24,259 nucleotides of DNA from a virus (taxonomy: Duplodnaviria; Heunggongvirae; Uroviricota; Caudoviricetes). The stretch lies in IMG/VR virus record IMGVR_UViG_3300042204_000022. One strand, written 5' to 3'. Within the stretch, counting starts at the first letter, position 1; every line of letters begins with the position of its first letter. Shown here in pieces: positions 5,988 to 14,670 of this stretch. The notes under the pieces are model-generated. The model was given only the letters and a program-made list of their open reading frames with translations, was not told the origin of the DNA and made no database searches. Made by a program: the position numbers and the translations under genes.

Positions 5988-6422
5988 TTAGTCCATTTCG
6001 TATAGTACGTATTGAATTTCAAATGAGTGAGCAAAAGTAGTGTAGGAGAACGGTCCCGAACCCGATGCGTCTGAGTGGTGACCGTTAGCGGTTCTGAAGT
6101 ACACGTTATTAGCGTCACAGCCAATCGATATTTGACCGATTCTGTTACTTAAAACCGCACCGAACGCTGTTACTACGAAAGTGTAAAAGAGAATCGTGTT
6201 CATATCTTGCCATTCACCGCCGTCAATTCTGAACCTTGCTCTAATAAAACAGGGTCTACCAACTGAATGTGCCTTTGTCGCAGTCACAACTCTAGCCCTC
6301 TGAAGGTCTTCGTTTGCGTAAGTTGGTCCGGGGTTGTTGATCGTTATCGAATCAACCAGTGCAATCTTGTCGATAGGAAACTGGCTAACAAACGATAGTA
6401 TGTCTACATCAGTAACAGCCAT
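5988..6422 (-). CDS. Putative tail-tip/baseplate protein
   Basis: TAATG-coupled within the tail operon. Confidence 0.6.
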   Translation of the reverse strand: MAVTDVDILSFVSQFPIDKIALVDSITINNPGPTYANEDLQRARVVTATKAHSVGRPCFIRARFRIDGGEWQDMNTILFYTFVVTAFGAVLSNRIGQISIGCDANNVYFRTANGHHSDASGSGPFSYTTFAHSFEIQYVLYEMD

Positions 6423-6622
6423 TAGAATGCGTCAAATACGTCCTGACCCACCTTAGAAATAGCAATACCGATAGTGCCGTCAGGTAAAACACCAATAACC
6501 ATACGATAATTCGTACCGTCGTGCAGTACCATACGGTTGTTACCTTCTTCAAAACGCAGCTGACCGCTAAGACCAGATGTGCTCTGTTGACCTGTATATT
6601 TTTTCTTTGTTGTTATTGCCAT
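6422..6622 (-). CDS. Small tail-associated protein (66 aa)
   Basis: TAATG coupling on both sides. Confidence 0.6.
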   Translation of the reverse strand: MAITTKKKYTGQQSTSGLSGQLRFEEGNNRMVLHDGTNYRMVIGVLPDGTIGIAISKVGQDVFDAF

Positions 6623-8187
6623 TACGGTGCCAGTACGTCCCCGTCATTAAGTACAGATACGTCTAGGATGAACCAGTGTCTTGGGTTATAACGCTTAGCT
6701 TTGATAACCTGTCTAACGCCACCCATACTTATTGAGTTTGAAATTTTTATTATTTGAAATTGACCAGCAATTTTTCTAGTGTCTACCCATATTATATCAC
6801 CTAGCTGTAGTGCTGGGTCTCCCTTAACCGACATTTCAACGATACTGTCGAACTGAGAGTATGCGTCAATTACAGTGTAGGCGAACGATTCACAGTTAGA
6901 CTCTGAACCGAATAGGTCGTTCTCTATCGCAAGAAGGTGCTCTCCATATTCGTCGATGCTGTCTTGGTCATATGCTTCGTAGTTTAGGGTGTCAACAATT
7001 CTCGCTGGCTCACCATACACTTCGATAGCGTTAATATACACATCGAAACTATTTGTGTTTGTGAACGTAAGCGTTAAAGTATTGACAGCTAGTAGAGAAT
7101 CTGTTACAGATACGTTTGTAGCAACATCAGAGCCACCCTTCGTCTGAACGGTGAACCATGAGTCGCCTGAAGTGAAGCCGATTGTAGGTTCGCTATATCC
7201 AGCTAGGGGGTCTGCAAGCTTGATGCTGTACTCACCAGAGCTACTTGCGGGAATAACAACTGGTTCAGATAGCGTAGGGCTAGAAAGCTCACCAGAACCT
7301 GCGTGAATAGGCTGTGCGTCTTGTACCGAACGAATGTTAGAGATGATACTAACCCTGTTAATGATTTCAGTGTCTTCAGTTGTAGAGATTGCTGAGATGT
7401 TTGACTCGTTAAAAGTGAAGACGGGTCCGTCAGCCGTGACGAGACGCTGGTCAAACCTAATCAAACCTTGTTCGTCAATCCATAGTTGACCACCTTCTGC
7501 CTGCATGATCTTTCTAAACGCATCAGCAGCACTTAAACCTTCTTGCAAGAACAAGAAAGGAATTGTGTTTCTTCCACGAGCAAGCTGATACTGGTATGCT
7601 TCGATACCGAACTGCTCAAATAGGGCAGCAAGAGCCTCGTCCGTTCTGACGTTTGACATCGCAACTGATTCAGATAGCTGAAGTTTGAAGATTTCACTTA
7701 AGTAATCCAACGCCTCAAATTTAGCAGTGCGAGCCTGCTGATCGAGTTCTGGTTTATCTTGAGTAAGACCTACAAACTGCTGAAGTAGGGGCTCGTTTTC
7801 ATATCCGGCGAATAACTTGGTTGGTCTACCGGGAATGAGGTACTGGTTAATAGGGCTATTCGTATGAGAAGAGAAGTAGTTATCGAAGTTATTAAGAACA
7901 GATGTAGCCATAGACGACTGAACCGAGAAGGGAAAATCAATTTGTCTGCTCCACTCAAGCGAAATAACCCTATTTGTGTAGGGCAAGTATGAGTAGAAGT
8001 CCCAGAACTGAATCGGGTTGTCGCCAACTGGTGCGAGTACGTCAGAACCGTCTAGTGACGAGGCGTCGAGGGTGAAGAAGGTTCTAGAGTCATCAAAATC
8101 TTTGTCGAACGACATCAGTAGCGACCATCTGTGTTTACGGATGCCCGCCTGTGACTTGTCGTGAAATGAGGTTGGTACTATCTGCAT
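6622..8187 (-). CDS. Tail hub/Tal-like baseplate protein
   Basis: Second gene after the TMP; C-terminal GDPALQLGDIIWV hub-type motif. Confidence 0.65.
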   Translation of the reverse strand: MQIVPTSFHDKSQAGIRKHRWSLLMSFDKDFDDSRTFFTLDASSLDGSDVLAPVGDNPIQFWDFYSYLPYTNRVISLEWSRQIDFPFSVQSSMATSVLNNFDNYFSSHTNSPINQYLIPGRPTKLFAGYENEPLLQQFVGLTQDKPELDQQARTAKFEALDYLSEIFKLQLSESVAMSNVRTDEALAALFEQFGIEAYQYQLARGRNTIPFLFLQEGLSAADAFRKIMQAEGGQLWIDEQGLIRFDQRLVTADGPVFTFNESNISAISTTEDTEIINRVSIISNIRSVQDAQPIHAGSGELSSPTLSEPVVIPASSSGEYSIKLADPLAGYSEPTIGFTSGDSWFTVQTKGGSDVATNVSVTDSLLAVNTLTLTFTNTNSFDVYINAIEVYGEPARIVDTLNYEAYDQDSIDEYGEHLLAIENDLFGSESNCESFAYTVIDAYSQFDSIVEMSVKGDPALQLGDIIWVDTRKIAGQFQIIKISNSISMGGVRQVIKAKRYNPRHWFILDVSVLNDGDVLAP

Positions 8188-8582
8188 TATGATACAAAGT
8201 AATTATCTGTTGACTGAATTGTCTCTCTTAATACTAATTCTACATTTTCTACTAATCCTGATTCGTCAGTGATGTTCTGCTCGCTCAGTGTTGCTCTCAC
8301 AACAACAGAGGTCACACCCATGTCAGGAATCGTAACTTCAGGGAACTTAAGTGCGGTAAACTGACGGTCGTAGAATCCCTTCAGTGCTGCGTAACCTGCT
8401 GCGTCCATGTAGCCCCATCTAATTGTCCAGACACGCTTTGTCTCGAATAGATCAACGTAGATGTTGAGGTCGAGCGTTGTTACTTCAGAGGTGGCTTCAA
8501 TGACCTGTTCAGTAAGCGGTGTATTCGGTGCTGGTGACACCCATGTAGTTGAATCGTCTTCAAGTGTAATTTCGTATGCCAT
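8187..8582 (-). CDS. Distal tail (Dit)-like protein
   Basis: Directly after the TMP; size and a W.I.W..M...Y..L pattern fit; synteny. Confidence 0.55.
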   Translation of the reverse strand: MAYEITLEDDSTTWVSPAPNTPLTEQVIEATSEVTTLDLNIYVDLFETKRVWTIRWGYMDAAGYAALKGFYDRQFTALKFPEVTIPDMGVTSVVVRATLSEQNITDESGLVENVELVLRETIQSTDNYFVS

Positions 8583-11473
8583 TAGAATGCTCCCTTAAGT
8601 CCCTTTGCACGTAGCTGACTCTGAAGCTGTTTAGCAATCATTTCAGCAAGCTTTGCTTTATCTTGTTCGCTCGTGGCGAGTACACCCGATACGTTAATGT
8701 TGATTTGTGTTGTTGGCTGTTCTTTTGCGTTCGTAACAGGTATAATGTCAGGCGTTGCTTGACCGTTACCACCGTTACCGTTGATTCTTGATGCAAGTCT
8801 GTCAATCCACTCTAGGTTGTTTTCTAGAGGCACAACTGCTTCTGCACCATTTTCACCAATCTCTGCGATTGTTGGCTGGTTTACAACACCACCAGTCGCA
8901 AGACGAGGAATCTTAAGCTCTGTCAAAGTCTTAATGCTAACGCCCGGAATCTTATTGATAAGACCGATAGCACCGTTGATCGCTTTAATGAACATGTTGA
9001 TTGTTCCTTCTGCGAACCCAATGATCGAGTTAACTACCGTCTTGAACGCCTCACCGATAGCGTTACCGATAGAAGAACCAATTTTACCGAAAATACCAGC
9101 GATAGTGTCCCAGATGCCTCTAAAGAAGCTTCCTACCTCTGAGAATGCACATTTGATACTCTCCCATGCACCTGAGAAGATGTCGCCGAACCATTTACCT
9201 ACTACAGAAAATATCTTAACGATTGAATCCCATAGTCCTGTGAAGAAGTTTACGACTGGCTTGATTACGTTGTCGTAAATCCACGTACCAACGACCGAGA
9301 ACACTTTTTTGATGAACTCCCATGCGTTTGCGAATGCTTGCTTTACAAGCTCCCAGTTTTGAACAATCCACAAGATAGCTAGACCGATCGGTCCAGTAAT
9401 GATAGCGAGTAGTAGTGGCCAGTTATTTACAACCCAATCTACAACCCCCTTGATGAAGCCGACGATAGCGTCCCAGACTCCCTTAAAGAAGTTAACGATT
9501 GAGTCCCAGTTTGCGATGATAAGAGCTACCGCACCAATGATAGCTGCGATGATAAGACCCCAGATACCAAGCATAGCTGCGTTTGCGATTACCCAAGCGG
9601 CTGCTGTAGCGACTGCTGCTGCAACCCATGCACCTGCAACGATGACAGCTTGTACAACTGCTCTTGCTGCGGTTACGATGAACTGTGCAACCATAACTGC
9701 TGTCTGCTTCAACCAAGCGGCCGCTGAAGTAACGGCTGCCTTTGTCCATGCTGCTGCTGCGATTGCTGCGTTCTTAACTGCTGAGGCGGCGGTTGTCGCC
9801 ATGTTGACAGCAACATCTTTAACCTTCTTACCAGCGTCAACTGCTGCGTCACGAATCTTTTCGAGACCAGACTTAACGTTGTCCCATGCAACCCTGCCGA
9901 GTTCTTTGGCTTTTTCAACCACATCAGAGATAGCTGTTTTGGTTTGCTCCCATTTAACAGCTACAAAGTCTTTTGCACGTAGCCAAGCGTCTTTTAGATA
10001 TGCACCAAGAAGGTTTGCACCATCTACGGCTGCGTTCCACGCCCATTTAGCTACGGTGCTGATTGCACTTCCCACCTTCTTTGCGAAGTCCCACGCTGTT
10101 GCTAGGTTCTTACCGAAGTTTACAGCCCAGTTAAGCAGTGTTGATAGTGCAGCGAGGGTAGCGATACCTGCGATAATGCCCGCAAGAATCTTAGCCCACT
10201 TAGAGATGTCTTGAACCTTAGTGTCAAGATCACCGAAGATTTTACCTAGTTCACCAGCCTGTGCAGCCGAGAACGGTCCCGCAGTACCGCTTCCCTTGTC
10301 TTTGTCGTCGTCTTTAGGTTCAGTGAGCACGTTCATCTTATCGAATGAAGCGAGTTGGTTACGTAGTTTCTTGGCGGATTTGCTTGCGTCATCTAGGTTA
10401 TTGCCTAGGTCTGAAGCTGATGTAGCACCCGCTGCGAGGCTTTCTGCTGTATCACCAGCAATATCACCCATTGGTTGACCAGTTAGAAGACCGAACAACC
10501 ATCTAAACACGTTGATGAGCTGTACGACCCACTGGAAAAGAACCGTAATAACCTGAGTCAAGAAGCTGAAGAAGTTAACGATGTTCTGACGACCCACAGT
10601 CATGTAGATTTGTGTCAAACCGTTAACTAGGGCGTTCTTCATAGCAGTACCCGCGAACTCGATACCCGTCATCTTTAATGCAACTTGGTCTGAGATTGGC
10701 CCCGCTTCAGTTGAAAGCTTAGTAAGTTCGGTGATGAATTCGTTCATCGAAACCTTACCTTCACTCAATGCGTCCTGTAGGCTTGATGTGCTTACATAAC
10801 CCAACGCCTTCGCCGTTTCGCTAATAGCTAGGGTCATAGCGGTGTTGACTGACTTCCATTCTTCACCTTCGAATCTACCACGAGAGTAAGCCTGGATAAG
10901 CTGTTCTAGGGCACCTGCTTGAGCGTCAGCTGAAGCACCACCCGCAATAAGGGCGTTGTTAACACCTGCGAACACTGCCGTAGAAGCTTTAACATCCTTA
11001 TTAACTGCAACGAAACGAGCCACAGCGTTTGTAGCTAGACCAATGTCACCACCAACACCCTGAACGTACTGACGAAGCTTCACAAGAGCATCTGAAGCGT
11101 CTTTTGAAGAAGCCCCAAGTGCAACCATAGAAGCTGGGAATGTAGCAATCAGGTCAGCTTGCTTAACGGCTGCACCCATAGCGTCAACAATAGACAAAAA
11201 GGCCTTATTAACTAAGGCCGATTGAACGGTTGTCTTCGCAATGTGAACAAAGTAGTTACTCTGAGCCTTAGCAGCTCGATTAGTAGCGTTTGCGTTCTCA
11301 TTGGTTGTGTTGTTCAAGTCCTTGATAGACTTGCTGGCACCTTGGGCGTTAGTCCCCGTACCACTTACAGCAGTTGCTGCCTGCTTTGCAGCATCACCGA
11401 CAAGCTTAAAGGCAGCTGCGCCCTCTTTAGCGCCTTCTACTAGAATGTAATATTTTAGGTTGCTGTCTTGCAT
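8582..11473 (-). CDS. Tail tape measure protein
   Basis: 963 aa, Ala-rich; N-terminal ALEQLIQAYSRGRFEGEEW tape-measure motif; Trp-periodic repeats; C-terminal PRLATGG...GENGAEAVVPL. Confidence 0.92.
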   Translation of the reverse strand: MQDSNLKYYILVEGAKEGAAAFKLVGDAAKQAATAVSGTGTNAQGASKSIKDLNNTTNENANATNRAAKAQSNYFVHIAKTTVQSALVNKAFLSIVDAMGAAVKQADLIATFPASMVALGASSKDASDALVKLRQYVQGVGGDIGLATNAVARFVAVNKDVKASTAVFAGVNNALIAGGASADAQAGALEQLIQAYSRGRFEGEEWKSVNTAMTLAISETAKALGYVSTSSLQDALSEGKVSMNEFITELTKLSTEAGPISDQVALKMTGIEFAGTAMKNALVNGLTQIYMTVGRQNIVNFFSFLTQVITVLFQWVVQLINVFRWLFGLLTGQPMGDIAGDTAESLAAGATSASDLGNNLDDASKSAKKLRNQLASFDKMNVLTEPKDDDKDKGSGTAGPFSAAQAGELGKIFGDLDTKVQDISKWAKILAGIIAGIATLAALSTLLNWAVNFGKNLATAWDFAKKVGSAISTVAKWAWNAAVDGANLLGAYLKDAWLRAKDFVAVKWEQTKTAISDVVEKAKELGRVAWDNVKSGLEKIRDAAVDAGKKVKDVAVNMATTAASAVKNAAIAAAAWTKAAVTSAAAWLKQTAVMVAQFIVTAARAVVQAVIVAGAWVAAAVATAAAWVIANAAMLGIWGLIIAAIIGAVALIIANWDSIVNFFKGVWDAIVGFIKGVVDWVVNNWPLLLAIITGPIGLAILWIVQNWELVKQAFANAWEFIKKVFSVVGTWIYDNVIKPVVNFFTGLWDSIVKIFSVVGKWFGDIFSGAWESIKCAFSEVGSFFRGIWDTIAGIFGKIGSSIGNAIGEAFKTVVNSIIGFAEGTINMFIKAINGAIGLINKIPGVSIKTLTELKIPRLATGGVVNQPTIAEIGENGAEAVVPLENNLEWIDRLASRINGNGGNGQATPDIIPVTNAKEQPTTQININVSGVLATSEQDKAKLAEMIAKQLQSQLRAKGLKGAF

Positions 11474-11808
11474 TATAGTTCGGCGATCTTCCTGTACTGT
11501 TTAATGAGTTTGTCTACGAGCTTACCTTTCTTAGAGTGTGGAGCAGCAGCGATAAGCGTGTAGTTGTAAAGGTCTATTGCTCTTTGCCTCTCGGCTTGCA
11601 CGAGCAGTGCTGTCACCTGAGAATCTGTTAGCTTTTCAGCTTCATCTAGGGTGTACTGAGGGTAGAAGTAACAAACCCTTGTGAGAAGGTCTACTACTTC
11701 TGCGTCCGAATCTTCGCTCACCGGAGCGTGGATAGGCTTAGCGTCTACCACATCCCCGAATATTGCCCTTACTCTCGCAGCTGCGTCTTCAGGGCTACGG
11801 TCGGCCAT
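11473..11808 (-). CDS. Tail assembly chaperone-like protein 2
   Basis: Lies between TAC1 and the TMP. Confidence 0.55.
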   Translation of the reverse strand: MADRSPEDAAARVRAIFGDVVDAKPIHAPVSEDSDAEVVDLLTRVCYFYPQYTLDEAEKLTDSQVTALLVQAERQRAIDLYNYTLIAAAPHSKKGKLVDKLIKQYRKIAEL

Positions 11809-12119
11809 TATTTCTTAGCGCCGAGCTCTTTCTGAATCATATCGTTGAATGCAATCTGCACATCAACTGGCTGATCGTTTAGAACGTCTGCAATATTAAG
11901 ATCGTGATTTACTGATGAGATAAACGCATAAAGGTCTTTTTGTGCCTCGTCGTTCTGTCTCAACTGTTCGTCAGTGTCGGTAATCTTTTCGATACCTGAG
12001 AACTTGTTTGCAATAGCACGCATTTCACGTACCGTAGGCTTGCGGAATAAGAACTCCTTGCCGTCGATTGCGAATACGAAGTCCTTCTCCAAGCTATTAG
12101 TTAAATCATACTTTGCCAT
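11808..12119 (-). CDS. Tail assembly chaperone 1
   Basis: Follows the major tail protein; F.IDGKEF..R.PT..E pattern. Confidence 0.65.
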   Translation of the reverse strand: MAKYDLTNSLEKDFVFAIDGKEFLFRKPTVREMRAIANKFSGIEKITDTDEQLRQNDEAQKDLYAFISSVNHDLNIADVLNDQPVDVQIAFNDMIQKELGAKK

Positions 12120-12161
12120 AAATAAACTCCTTTGGTCTTGTTATGCGATTTTTTTGTTTGA

Positions 12162-12671
12162 CTAGCTTACGAATGTTTCGCTGCTGTTCAAGAATTGAAC
12201 AACTGCGTCACCGCCTTGTGGTTCACCTACGAACATGATAGCTACAGTACGTAGACCATCTGCAACGTCGATAGAATCGATTTGTGTGCGAGCGTTAACC
12301 AAGCGTAGAACCTGGCTGTCACCTGCTGGACCACATGCCCAGATGTCGAGTGGGTTGTAAATATCTGTGCTGCTGCAAGAAGCGGCAACAATGTCGATAG
12401 CACCCGCTGTGTTTGTAACAGTTTCTCCTGTTGAAAGAGTGCCTCCGTTTGGTACGTGGTACTGGGGTAGTACTGTAGCCAAAGAAGCGATGTCATTCTC
12501 AAGAAGTGTGAAAGTTACGGTTGCGCTCATACCTGTTTGTACAGTGAACTTGTTACCATCAAGTGTAGTTGTGTCGCTGGTATCAACAGTGTAGTCAACT
12601 GAGATTTCAGAAACGTTGTTGAGAGTGTTTGCTCCCCACTTGAACTTGAATGGACCTTTTACTAAACTCAT
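12162..12671 (-). CDS. Major tail (tube) protein
   Basis: Synteny, 169 aa, beta-rich siphovirus tube-like sequence. Confidence 0.7.
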   Translation of the reverse strand: MSLVKGPFKFKWGANTLNNVSEISVDYTVDTSDTTTLDGNKFTVQTGMSATVTFTLLENDIASLATVLPQYHVPNGGTLSTGETVTNTAGAIDIVAASCSSTDIYNPLDIWACGPAGDSQVLRLVNARTQIDSIDVADGLRTVAIMFVGEPQGGDAVVQFLNSSETFVS

Positions 12672-12685
12672 TTTTTCTTGTCCTT

Positions 12686-13102
12686 TTAACTTATTTGTGT
12701 GTTTTGTCTAAACAGACGAACCTGTGCTTGTATTAGACCGATGCGTCTGTTTTCGTTTTCGAGATCGATGTCCTGTGCGAATTGTGTTGCTCTAGAGTAG
12801 ATTGTTTCGAATCCCTGAAGATTTACACAGGTTGCACAGTTCAGCATCTCTTCTAGACTGAATAGTTTACGTTCTATTTCCTTCCCTGCCACCGAGCGAC
12901 GATAAACGTTGAAGGTGTATAGCTTAAGCATTGCACCATCAAGTGTTACCACCTCTGGGTTACCACCACCAACTACTACGAGCCACGCATCATCTGGGGC
13001 TTCGATAGGTAGTTCGCCTAAGAACAGGTCTGTACCAAACGTGCCATATCCTTTGTCTTGTAGAAACTTTATGAAAGCTTCTCCTACTGTGTATATGTCC
13101 AT
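12686..13102 (-). CDS. Tail terminator/neck protein
   Basis: Precedes the major tail protein; FL...G.G..G..LF.G..P...D motif. Confidence 0.6.
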   Translation of the reverse strand: MDIYTVGEAFIKFLQDKGYGTFGTDLFLGELPIEAPDDAWLVVVGGGNPEVVTLDGAMLKLYTFNVYRRSVAGKEIERKLFSLEEMLNCATCVNLQGFETIYSRATQFAQDIDLENENRRIGLIQAQVRLFRQNTQIS

Positions 13103-13521
13103 TATTTAGTTAGTCCTAATTCTCTCATTACTGCTGGCATTTCGCTCTGGGTCTTCTGATAAGCAATACTTGCGAATCTTGGTCCCGTTCCCGGCGTTGT
13201 GTACTTACGGTAGTTATAAACTCCCGGCATAAGTGTCACGTAACGACCGTCGATGTTGACCACCCTCTTACGAGCTACAGTGTGGTGTCCCACGTTCTGA
13301 GCCCCTGCGTATGGTAGTCTCCAGCTTATTTCAGCTTTATTACCAATTGCTTGTGTAATAATGCTTCTGCGAAGAGCTCCTGATTTCTTAGGAGTGATCG
13401 CAACTACATTCTTTCTGTACCTCTTCGTAAATTCTTGTGGAATTTGTGTTTCAGCACGGATTAGAACACGTGTGTTGTTGGCGGTACCATCTGCGAAGAA
13501 CGCTTTAGCTGACAGAAACAT
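13102..13521 (-). CDS. HK97 gp10-like/minor capsid-type neck protein
   Basis: TPKKSGALRRSI and YTTPGTGPRF motifs; synteny. Confidence 0.6.
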   Translation of the reverse strand: MFLSAKAFFADGTANNTRVLIRAETQIPQEFTKRYRKNVVAITPKKSGALRRSIITQAIGNKAEISWRLPYAGAQNVGHHTVARKRVVNIDGRYVTLMPGVYNYRKYTTPGTGPRFASIAYQKTQSEMPAVMRELGLTK

Positions 13522-13861
13522 ATGCTAGTCCTGCTACTTTCTCAAGACGACAATATACATTGTCAATCTTATTGTTGAGTAGTTTACGCTGAGCTACGTT
13601 TGCACTTTTGATTCTGTACCAATTGTTAGTACCGAACATTATGTACATTGACTCTAGGCTGTCCTTGCTTGCAAGAACGTAAGAGTTAGTAGGCAGTAGG
13701 TAAACAGCAGCGTCGGATGTTTCACCTTCGCTATTGCTGCCGTGTTCGTAACCTGCTCTTTTAATGAAGCAAGCCTCGACATCGACAACTGCTGTAACAG
13801 TTCTGTCTCCGTAACCGTCTGCGTTTACTGTGGCTAGTTTTACAACGTCTGGATATTTCAT
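13505..13861 (-). CDS. Head closure/head-tail adaptor
   Basis: Second gene after the capsid gene; 118 aa. Confidence 0.55.
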   Translation of the reverse strand: MKYPDVVKLATVNADGYGDRTVTAVVDVEACFIKRAGYEHGSNSEGETSDAAVYLLPTNSYVLASKDSLESMYIMFGTNNWYRIKSANVAQRKLLNNKIDNVYCRLEKVAGLAYVSVS

Positions 13862-13862
13862 C

Positions 13863-14627
13863 TTATCTCACAAGCTTTCTGAACGCACCTGCTCCAGCGT
13901 ACTTTTCAATAATCGCTTTCGCTGATTTTTGACCTTCAGGGGCGGCACCATCGGCACCATCTGAAGCAACGCCGACTTGGGCACGAGAGTAGCTGTGAGA
14001 GTCGATTGATTCTGAACGTATGTTTCCCATCAGTGAGTAGTTCTCGTCAGAGTAATATGTAATCATATCGGCTAGAAGGTACTTAAGTTCATCTGGCAAA
14101 TCATCGTCAGAGAACCAGTTCCCCTCAACTGCGAATGATAGGTTCGAGCGGTCTGTCCATAGTAGAGAATTCCACCATGTCCATGTGAACCATGCGTAGT
14201 AACGAGTAACTGCTGTCACAAGTCCCGCACTGTTAAGGTATGGCAAACCATTTTCTAGACGGTAGATCGTAATGAACTCGTCGTCGTTGATAGGTAGCAC
14301 AACCTTAGCACGGTATACTTGCTTGGCTGGGTTGATCTTAATGTGCTTGTCTAACTCGTCAAAGTTAAACAATTGGTATGTACCAGTAACGGGGTCTGGT
14401 GGTAATAGTTTGTCTATTACATCCTCACTTACTGGCAAGGTAGGAAATGGGACAAGCCCATCGTATTGAACTTTACCTTTTTCAGTCCAGGTTTTTGGCG
14501 CAGATAGGGAGTAACCAAGAAGAGATTCAAGCCTCGACACACAACGTGCTATGATAGCCGTCATTCTCGCTTCGTCAGTTGCTGGAACTGAGATGCCAGT
14601 CAACGCTTCATATTCTTCAATGGTCAT
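13863..14627 (-). CDS. Head-tail connector (adaptor) protein
   Basis: First gene after the capsid gene; C-terminal IRSESIDSHSYS motif. Confidence 0.6.
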   Translation of the reverse strand: MTIEEYEALTGISVPATDEARMTAIIARCVSRLESLLGYSLSAPKTWTEKGKVQYDGLVPFPTLPVSEDVIDKLLPPDPVTGTYQLFNFDELDKHIKINPAKQVYRAKVVLPINDDEFITIYRLENGLPYLNSAGLVTAVTRYYAWFTWTWWNSLLWTDRSNLSFAVEGNWFSDDDLPDELKYLLADMITYYSDENYSLMGNIRSESIDSHSYSRAQVGVASDGADGAAPEGQKSAKAIIEKYAGAGAFRKLVR

Positions 14628-14670
14628 TGTCCCTACCTACTTATTGTTTTTGTTTTTTTACTTAGTTAGA

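Noticed and set aside
8781-10478. Long plus-strand ORFs opposite the TMP (and similar ones opposite the capsid and portal genes)
   Set aside because: Antisense shadows caused by Ala/Val/Glu-rich codon bias.
11800-11830. Programmed -1 frameshift between the tail chaperones
   Set aside because: No X-XXY-YYZ slippery heptamer before the stop; the ORFs are simply TAATG-coupled.
5781-11893. Other TTGCAGA heptamers (5781 +, 7211 -, 11887 -)
   Set aside because: No conserved arms; about three chance hits are expected in a window of this size.
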